Source of the DNA: Chloroflexota bacterium | GTDB lineage: Bacteria > Chloroflexota > Chloroflexia > QHBQ01 > JADMIH01 | Assembly (NCBI GenBank): GCA_039932335.1 | Contig: JBDTQH010000028.1 | Coordinates: 3,728 to 67,727, forward strand | DNA length: 64,000 nt | Direction of reading: 5' to 3' | Part shown: positions 57,601 through 64,000 of the stretch, piece by piece | Layout of the letters: every line of letters begins with the position of its first letter | How positions within the stretch are numbered: the first letter of the stretch is position 1 | Position numbers and translations under genes: made by a program | Notes under the pieces: generated by a model | Told to the model about the DNA's origin: nothing | Databases searched by the model: none | The model's input: only the letters and a program-made list of their open reading frames with translations

Positions 57601-58809
57601 TGTAGACCATGTCGCGCCGTTATCTGTGGATCGTGTGAAGGCTGTCGCAGCACCGGTGCCCTGCGGCGTGCCAGGTGTGCGGAACTTCAGCCATACAAAA
57701 TAGAGGCTGCCGTCAGCCGGATCGGCACCAAGCGTGCCTTGCGGGCTCCAGCGGAAGCCTGCTGGGCCGTTCGAGTTGAACGCAACCGACTCACCACGTG
57801 TATCGGTTGCTGCGGTCCCGGAGATGGGGAATGTTACACCACCGTCGGTGGAGCGTGCCCACTTATAGCGGTTGTTTGTGCCCGAGGTTGGATTGCCACC
57901 GCAGCAAATTGCTTCCATCCAGCCGTGTACAACAACGCCACCGGGCCCGAAGCCCATTGAACCGAACTGGCGGTTGCCCAGCGTGCTGAAAGCCGTGGGG
58001 TTGGAATGCACGAACGGAGGGCTCCAGGTAACGCCGGAGTCCGTTGTCCAGCGGGTTGCTGTGCTGTTGAAGCTGCCGGAACCTGCCGAGTCAAAGAGGG
58101 TCTGCGTCATGTACAGACGGCCGTAGAACGGGCTGGAAGGCTCCTGGTCGGCCCAGAAATACTGGCGGTCGTTGAAGAAGCCGTTAGAGCTGATGTTGCT
58201 GGACAGAGCTGTCCAGGTCACACCACGGTCGGTGGAGCGTCCTGCGCCGATAACTGCCGAGCCACCGGAAGGGTTCAAGCTGGAGCTCAAAGCCCAGTCC
58301 TGGTTAGGAGAGGTAGGCAGCCATGCATTGACGGTGTCGCCATAACCGGAAGGCTGTGCGGGGTTGCGGCTCTGCCATGTAGCGCCACCATCGGAGGTGT
58401 TGTCTATCGGCACGTTACCGCTGACCAGTGCAAAGTTCGGATCGGAGGGGTGCATCGAAGCTGCCGGTTCGTTGGCGCTGATGCTCACCGATGCATTGCG
58501 CTCAGGACCCCATGTAATAGTGGTGTTGGGGTTTTGAGGCTTTGCGCTAGGTACAAAATTATCGCGGGGGGGATCTTGCGGATGGACAAGGCCCATGTTG
58601 ACAAGGGTTCCCATGGATACAGCTTTGAGGCCCGCTGAAAGCTGGTCGTAGCCGTCAGTGGTTGTCTTAGCCTGTTCTTTACCCTGCTGGCCGGCCGCCT
58701 GTGAAGGTACGCCTGCGGGGTAGGAAGCGCTGGCGGCGTTGGTCATCCCAAGGATGGCCAGTGCAACCAGCATGGCTGTTGAAAGTATCAGCCAGGTGCG
58801 CCTATTCAT
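54670..58809 (-). CDS. Large surface protein: BNR/Asp-box propeller + conserved beta module + Kelch propeller + SLH x3
   Basis: Signal peptide; SxDxGxTW Asp boxes; VPGTTDIGNHTDD module; Kelch (FYSMGG, KLYVLGG, IYTGGG, MWVLGG, IYMAGG); SLH repeats with YPCG..EPC loops. Confidence 0.9.
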   Translation of the reverse strand: MNRRTWLILSTAMLVALAILGMTNAASASYPAGVPSQAAGQQGKEQAKTTTDGYDQLSAGLKAVSMGTLVNMGLVHPQDPPRDNFVPSAKPQNPNTTITWGPERNASVSISANEPAASMHPSDPNFALVSGNVPIDNTSDGGATWQSRNPAQPSGYGDTVNAWLPTSPNQDWALSSSLNPSGGSAVIGAGRSTDRGVTWTALSSNISSNGFFNDRQYFWADQEPSSPFYGRLYMTQTLFDSAGSGSFNSTATRWTTDSGVTWSPPFVHSNPTAFSTLGNRQFGSMGFGPGGVVVHGWMEAICCGGNPTSGTNNRYKWARSTDGGVTFPISGTAATDTRGESVAFNSNGPAGFRWSPQGTLGADPADGSLYFVWLKFRTPGTPQGTGAATAFTRSTDNGATWSTPSFVYNDPNAAVAQYMPWITVSRDHTVHVTYSSSQAGAPSTLAHYYVQSTDRGVTWTAPFQLSSVTYPAAGFHGDYQAVHVGGYNGSNAAIVASWTDNRSGTRHYARMGTFAGGGGTPTPTVTGTPPTATQTRTPTNTPSPTATACGASAPYSIAQSTGTIVPGTTDIGNHTDDLTTNIALPFAFNLYDQTYNSVNLGPNGNAQFVTNSSAYTNECLPSATLSTYAIMPYWDDQITAPAGKGIFTSISGTAPNRIFNIEWRTCAYAGATTCAANSDANYELRLYENSATRQFDIIYGTMASAQTGSGATIGVQKDGTNYTSFSCDTAVAGLSGKQLTFTQPACGTAGPTNTPGPTNTPAASPTCAPSAGGWTAGAPLTAGIVRAWGVYFPANGKFYSMGGRTGDGDPNLAQMQPLEYTPGTDTWVQKTASFSDNQTSNMQGAVLTMSGTPVIVMVGGSAGGGTSGTSEVKTYNPATDTMTTLSSDPWTPGTTTLPGGVAVVNNKLYVLGGFEINVGMSDQIWEFDPAAAAGSRWTLKSTVLPVQLGYIPTAAIGGMIYTGGGSIWDGTTLLDSDNSYKYDPATNTITAITNIPRATAETRAVAYGGKMWVLGGGRDAPNPSTEVDIYDPATNSWSTGPSFTLARRNFPADTDGTKIYMAGGYAPTAPDPSMEIYSPGATCNTPTPGATNTVGTTATSTAPAATNTVGATNTPGTPGATNTVGATVTTGATSTPGSPTATPTHCAIEFADVLPGNTFYPFIKCLACRNIINGYPCGGTGEPCNPNSDPYFRPSNSVTRGQLSKIVSQSAGFSDPVSGQTFEDVVPGSTFYDYIERLASRGVMGGYPCGVDPNEPCVLPGNKPYFRPSATATRGQLTKIVSNAAGFNDPDPATFTFTDVPPGSTFHVYVERLLMNRPNVMSGYPCGVDPTEPCDSQSRPYFRPNATLSRGQTSKIVANTFFPNCDTPQQPVKASVPNN

Positions 58810-59537
58810 GTTTCTCTCGTTCCTTTCTTGAAGCTCTTTACCCTATCAAGATTGCCGCCTCAAGGGTAGCAGTTGCTCTTCGGGCAGGGTGGGTCCGTGC
58901 ATCGGGAGCATAGATCGGGTGTCGAAATAATGGAGAGAAGAGGCAGGCCACGTAACGGGAATGCAGGCCGGCCATGCGTGGAGTAGGGCAATATCCTCCA
59001 GCGTTGCTCCTTTCATGAGTATCTATACATGCCAGTAGACACAATTAGGCGCGGTCTGCCAATCCGCCCGAACAAGGGGGACATGGGAAACTACGCCGGT
59101 GTGGGTATGATAAGCCTGCTCATTATAGTGCCGCTTAAAGCCGTTTGTCAATAGTATTCCCTTCCGGAATTAGGGGTAAATTAGATGTTAATTTGCAGGT
59201 GCAAGCCAGGCTTGTGCGTTGTTGGCAGCAGACAATATTCGGGTTGTGCTTCTGTTTAGGGTATGTTCCAGGCAAGAAGGAATTGACGCTTGTAGGGGAC
59301 GTGGAAGGCTCGTCTAAGTGGTTATGAGCCGCAAGGGCTTAGCGCGAATGCCAGACACGGCTTGAGAAGGGATTCCCTCCTCAGAAAGAACCAATGGCAC
59401 TGAACGTGCTACGGAAAATTACGTATTGATATAATGAAGCTAATAGAGTCCGATACGGGGGTGAAGCAGGCTACCTACTTCCCCACCTTGCACATTCCTG
59501 TAAATGCACCTCCGTAACAAGCATTGGGAGGTGCTGC

Positions 59538-62003
59538 GTGCAATCGAGTCTGCGAATAGGGCGTATCGGTCCGCTTACTATAAACCTGAACTACACATGG
59601 CTACTGGCAGCTACACTTATATTATGGTGGATAGGGCTTTTATGGCTTCCAGAGAACTTCCCCGATAGAAGCAGCCTATTCTACTGGTCGGTTGCCATCG
59701 CGGTACTGCTATTGTTCTTTGGCAGCGTGATATTGCACGAGCTAATACATAGCGCGGTAGGGCGCACAGGTAATCGGAGCGTTAACCTCTTTCCTTTTGG
59801 TTCGGGTATGCCGTTTGGTGTGCAGACCCTCGAACCTGCACAGGGACTCCTTACCGCGCTGGCGGCTCCGGTGGCTAATCTGTTGCTGGGCATACTTTTC
59901 CTGGTGATAGGCGAAGCAACGAGAAGCGGTGGAGCGCTGGATTTCGTGGCCGCCATCGCTATCCCTCTTGGCTGGCTCAACATCGCGCTGGGGGCGATCA
60001 ATTTTATTCCCGGCACGCCCTTTGACGGAGGCTGGGCGCTCAGATCATTCCTAACATTGTTCGCGGCAGACAGGGAAGCTGGTGGAACGGTTGCAGGCAC
60101 AATCGGCAGGATCGCCGCGCTCGCGCTTGTGTTGTGGGGTGCCTGGCTCGGGCTTACTTCGGATTCCTGGCTGCTGGCGCTGGGGTTGGTGCTGGTGGGG
60201 TGGGCTGCACGCGAAGCGGCGTCCACGGGTATACAGAGGCGAATGCTGCGTAATATGTTCGACCAGGTGTACGCGACGAGTTTTATGGCGCCCGTGCGAG
60301 AGCAGGATGTAGTTAGCGCCAGAGACACGGTAGCGGATATGGTCAGGAAACACCCTAACTACGGCCCTGATGTTCTGCTGCCTGTGAGAGATGACGACGG
60401 GCATCTGGTGGGTGTTACCAGCATAGGAAAGGCGGCCACGCTGCTGCAGGGAGCCTGGCCAAGTACGCCTGTGACCGCCCTTATGACCCGCACAAGCGAA
60501 CTCGACGCATTGCCGTCGTCGGCCACGCTTAACCAGGTGCTCAGCCATTCAGCGATGGTCGAGGCAAGAAACGCAAGCAATGAGGAAGAGGCATACATCC
60601 CGGTTGTAGATAATGGGCAGTTTGTCGGCAGCATTAACCCGGGGCGTTTGTTGCCTTATGAGGAGTTGGACAGCACCTTCGGCATAGAGGACACAGCGAG
60701 CAGCCAGGCAGACAGGGGCGGACTGCTCTCTATTCTGAGGATCGCAGTGCCCATCATAATGGTGATTGCGTTCGCGGCCATACTGGGCAACCTGGCTCTA
60801 CGTACCAATCCCGCCGAACCCGTCAATATCGCGCCAGGCAGCGCGAAAATCACGTTTAGCGACTTTACACCTGCAGAGGGGGCCATTGTAGGCACGGAAG
60901 CCGAGCAGGTGAGTGTGCGAGCCGTGGCGGCAAGGCCGATTGTTTCGGCTACGATCAAGCTTGATGGCGAGCCTCTGGACGCCCAACTTAGCGGCGCGTT
61001 GCCGATGACACAAACCATTACCGCCGGCCTGCCCGGTATGACACAGGGGATACATACGATTGAGGTGATAGCAGGTGCGGACAACGGCACGACAAAAAGC
61101 GCACAATGGCAGTTCCGAGTTAGCTTGCGAAGTGGTGGCGCAGAACCAACGCCAGGGCCCGCTCCGCTGGAGGAGGCGATTGAGGTGGTACGCTACAACC
61201 CGGCAGTGGGCGGGCGCGTGATGGCGGGTCGGGAGAATGTGCCGCTCATAGTGGTGATAACGGGAACGACCCCGCCTACAAAAGTGGATTTCTATATGGA
61301 CGGCCAGGTTTTGCCGGGAGCTATTGCCCCGGTGAGCGGCGATAAGAACAGGTACGGCTTGAGCGCGGAAGCGCCTGCAATCAATGTGGGCGACCATTAT
61401 GTGCGGGTCGTGATGGAGCAAGCCTCAGGGAGTCGATATGATTCGAGCTGGTTCTTCACGGCTCTTGAGCCTGACGAGAATAATGTCTATTTCGAGGAGA
61501 CAGGCTTCTTTGTGGTGCAGCCGTTCCTGCAGTACTGGCGAGACAATGGGGGCCTGGGGATTTTCGGCTACCCGATTTCGTACAGGTTACAGGAGACCGA
61601 CAAGGTGACCGGGGAGGTATACACCGTCCAGTATTTCGAGCGAGCACGTTTCGAGTTGCACCCGAGCCAGGGCAATAATGTGATCCTGGGCAGGCTTGGG
61701 GCGCTGACGCACGCACCCGAAGAGGCTGCTGCTCCCATTGAGGGCGCTCAGTTCTTTCCGGAGACCGGGCACAACCTGGCCGGACCGTTCCTGGAATACT
61801 GGAACTCAAACGGAGGTCTGGCTCTGTTCGGCTACCCCATCAGCGAGGAGAGGACAGAGAAGAACCCTGTGGATGGGAAGGAGTACACAGTCCAGTATTT
61901 CGAGCGCAACCGCTTCGAGCTACACCCCGAACAGGCAGGCACACCCTTTGAAGTGCAGATCGGTCTGCTGGGAAGGCAGGTGTTTGAGGAAGTGTACAGG
62001 TAG
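59538..62003 (+). CDS. Site-2 protease (M50) + CBS pair + TM + Ig-like domains + YF.ETG/VQYFER surface repeats
   Basis: HELIH and NFIPGTPFDGG motifs; CBS-like LPVRDDDGHLVG, IPVVDNGQFVG; YFEETG, FFPETGH, FGYPIS, VQYFER repeats. Confidence 0.85.
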   Translation: MQSSLRIGRIGPLTINLNYTWLLAATLILWWIGLLWLPENFPDRSSLFYWSVAIAVLLLFFGSVILHELIHSAVGRTGNRSVNLFPFGSGMPFGVQTLEPAQGLLTALAAPVANLLLGILFLVIGEATRSGGALDFVAAIAIPLGWLNIALGAINFIPGTPFDGGWALRSFLTLFAADREAGGTVAGTIGRIAALALVLWGAWLGLTSDSWLLALGLVLVGWAAREAASTGIQRRMLRNMFDQVYATSFMAPVREQDVVSARDTVADMVRKHPNYGPDVLLPVRDDDGHLVGVTSIGKAATLLQGAWPSTPVTALMTRTSELDALPSSATLNQVLSHSAMVEARNASNEEEAYIPVVDNGQFVGSINPGRLLPYEELDSTFGIEDTASSQADRGGLLSILRIAVPIIMVIAFAAILGNLALRTNPAEPVNIAPGSAKITFSDFTPAEGAIVGTEAEQVSVRAVAARPIVSATIKLDGEPLDAQLSGALPMTQTITAGLPGMTQGIHTIEVIAGADNGTTKSAQWQFRVSLRSGGAEPTPGPAPLEEAIEVVRYNPAVGGRVMAGRENVPLIVVITGTTPPTKVDFYMDGQVLPGAIAPVSGDKNRYGLSAEAPAINVGDHYVRVVMEQASGSRYDSSWFFTALEPDENNVYFEETGFFVVQPFLQYWRDNGGLGIFGYPISYRLQETDKVTGEVYTVQYFERARFELHPSQGNNVILGRLGALTHAPEEAAAPIEGAQFFPETGHNLAGPFLEYWNSNGGLALFGYPISEERTEKNPVDGKEYTVQYFERNRFELHPEQAGTPFEVQIGLLGRQVFEEVYR

Positions 62004-62004
62004 G

Positions 62005-62182
62005 CGGGGGACGTGGGGCGTGACGCGTGAAACGTAAGGACGAAAACGTAAAACGTAAGGACAGGGTTGGGACGTCAAGTTGTTATTGGTTTATCCCATT
62101 TCCGCAGCGGTCGGCGGTCATACGCAGTACGCAGTACCTCACGTTTCACGTTTCACGCCTCACGCCTCACGTCCCACGTCCC
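62005..62182. repeat. Mirrored, sequence-drifting heptamer arrays between convergent genes
   Basis: GGGACGT GGGGCGT GACGCGT GAAACGT ... TCACG TTTCACG TTTCACG CCTCACG CCTCACG TCCCACG TCCC. Confidence 0.8.
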
Positions 62183-62183
62183 G

Positions 62184-64000
62184 TTACGGCCCTCCGGTGA
62201 GGGCTACATAGAGCATTTTGGATAGCTGGCCTCGGGTGGCGTCGTTGTAGGGGCGGAAGCTGCCGTCGCTGTAGCCTGAGATTATGTTGTGGGCGCGGGC
62301 GGTCTCTATGTATGTGTAGAAGGTGCTGCCGGGCAATACGTCGGGGAAGGACGGCAGCGCGGGGTTGAGCAGAGGCCAGGCGCGACCAAGCACTATGATT
62401 TTGGATAGCTGGCCGCGCGTGATGCTGTTGCCGGGACGGAAAGTACCGTCCGGATAGCCCGATATGATGCCGTGATAGACGCCTGTCTCGATGAAGGCAT
62501 AGCTCCATGTGTCGGGGTCGACATCGAGGAAGGTGGGCGTTGCCGGGACGTAGAGGGGCCATGCCTCGCCCAGCACCACTATTTTGAGTAGCTGCGCGCG
62601 GGTAGCGTTATTATTTGGGCGAAATGTGTTGTCCGGGTAGCCCGATATGATGTTGTGGCAGTAAAGCCAATCCACAGGGCGATAGAAGTATTGGCTGGGA
62701 TATACATCCGTGAAGGTTATACACGGCAGCGGCGTTGGCGTGCTCGGAGGCGCGGGTGTGCGAGTAGGCGTAAGCGTGCGTGTGCCGGTGGGTGTGCGAG
62801 TAGGGGTGATGGTGCCCGTCTGCGTGGGCGTGTAGGTAGCGGTACGCGTAGATGTTGGCGTCCTTGTGTCGGTTGGCGTTCTCGTTTCTGTGGGAGTGCG
62901 GGTTGGGGTGGCTGTTTTTGTATAGGTAGCGGTGCGGGTTGCGGTTTCAGTGGGCGTAAGCGTGATAGTCGGCGTCTTAGTAATTGTTGGTGTGTGGGTG
63001 CTAGTAGCATCGATAGCCGTACGTGTAGGGGTTGGCGTTGATGTTCTTGTAGACGTGTTCGTTGAGACAATGGCTGTCGCTGTGCTTGTGCGGGTTATAG
63101 TGGAGGTTCGTGTGACTGAAGGCGTATAGGTTGAGGTGGGCGTCGGGGTAACCGAAGGCGTGAACGTTGCGGTCGCGGTAGCCGTTGTGCTGGGCGTGGA
63201 GGTTGGCGGGGCATCTGTTGGGCTGGGTCCGGATGTGGGCGTGCGGGTTATAGTTGGAGTGCGAGTGATGGTAGATGTGCGCGTGCTTGTGGGTGATGGC
63301 GTGGGTGTAGAAGTGGGCGGTGGTAGGGTAACTGTAAAGAACGCTGACGAGAAGACGCCCCACTGATCGCTGTTGTTCTTGCCCTGGATCAGCAGGAGAT
63401 GGCGGCCTAGCGGAAGCGTCGACACGTCGATAGTGGCGGACACGTTGGCAATACCGCCACCATAATTGCCCGCGACCGGAGTGCCCGACCCGTCAGCACC
63501 AGGATTGTCTATCGAGTAGACTGCACCTTCTACAGTGCCTATGTTCGAGGAGAGGACAGCTGTGAAGGTGATAGTAGTGGACGACTGCGGCGTGATGGTC
63601 AGGCCGGAAGAGTTGGGGCCGTATGCATGTGATAGAGTGATGGGAAGAGCGAGCGCGGCTGCTTTGGCGGCATACAGCAGGGCGGGACGCTGCGCATTCC
63701 ACAGCGGGTCGAGATTGGCACACGTGACGTTGGAGACGGAGCCGATGTTGAAGGTATAGGCAGGTATGCCGAATTGACCGTAAGCGGTGTCTGTGAGGGT
63801 ACCACTGATTGGAAGGCGGGAGTTTTCGGTGCGGACTTCGGTGATGGACGTGTTGTTGAGCCTGCCGAACGCCCAGCCTAGCGCGTATAAGCCCTCGGCA
63901 TCAGGCGGCGGCGCAGATGTGTATCCAAAGGGATAGAGGACGGCTGGACCGGGAGCCTGCAGGTTGATTACAACGTCCGCGCCGCTGGACTGCAACAGGC
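62184..64000 (-). CDS. M14 carboxypeptidase-like domain (partial, degenerate) + long Thr/Pro linker + SLH x3; 5' end outside the window
   Basis: [26 protein letters not shown]; [21 protein letters not shown] repeats. Confidence 0.82.
   Translation of the reverse strand, partial: LLQSSGADVVINLQAPGPAVLYPFGYTSAPPPDAEGLYALGWAFGRLNNTSITEVRTENSRLPISGTLTDTAYGQFGIPAYTFNIGSVSNVTCANLDPLWNAQRPALLYAAKAAALALPITLSHAYGPNSSGLTITPQSSTTITFTAVLSSNIGTVEGAVYSIDNPGADGSGTPVAGNYGGGIANVSATIDVSTLPLGRHLLLIQGKNNSDQWGVFSSAFFTVTLPPPTSTPTPSPTSTRTSTITRTPTITRTPTSGPSPTDAPPTSTPSTTATATATFTPSVTPTPTSTYTPSVTRTSTITRTSTATAIVSTNTSTRTSTPTPTRTAIDATSTHTPTITKTPTITLTPTETATRTATYTKTATPTRTPTETRTPTDTRTPTSTRTATYTPTQTGTITPTRTPTGTRTLTPTRTPAPPSTPTPLPCITFTDVYPSQYFYRPVDWLYCHNIISGYPDNTFRPNNNATRAQLLKIVVLGEAWPLYVPATPTFLDVDPDTWSYAFIETGVYHGIISGYPDGTFRPGNSITRGQLSKIIVLGRAWPLLNPALPSFPDVLPGSTFYTYIETARAHNIISGYSDGSFRPYNDATRGQLSKMLYVALTGGP

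Overview
GC-rich bacterial chromosomal segment. It is most consistent with a Chloroflexota genome, judged from Cys-loop SLH domains of the YPCGxxxEPC type, YF.ETG/VQYFER surface repeats and heptamer tandem repeats; this placement is an inference. About 40 CDSs are present: housekeeping and stress genes (phosphoketolase, tdh, DEAD-box helicase, uvsE, MutS-like ATPase, HtrA, mazEF, a NarX/NarL-type two-component set, Na+/H+ antiporter), a selD with an in-frame UGA (selenocysteine) that the ORF track truncates, and four modular SLH-anchored surface proteins plus one decayed paralog. Main candidate system: a dispersed, methylamine-dehydrogenase-like surface redox set. It comprises a Tat-exported 12-Cys protein resembling a shortened MauA, apparently in an operon with a Kelch-propeller/SLH protein; a MauD-like thioredoxin followed by the remnant of another Kelch-SLH gene; and a PQQ-dehydrogenase-SLH protein carrying an amicyanin-like copper domain. 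Intergenic DNA is dense with non-autonomous elements: six IS66-like MITEs with 8-bp target duplications, a second nested MITE family, REP-like palindromes, a six-copy ~120-bp repeat and mirrored heptamer arrays. No rRNA, tRNA, CRISPR array or transposase was seen. All calls come from reading motifs by eye; no database searches were run.
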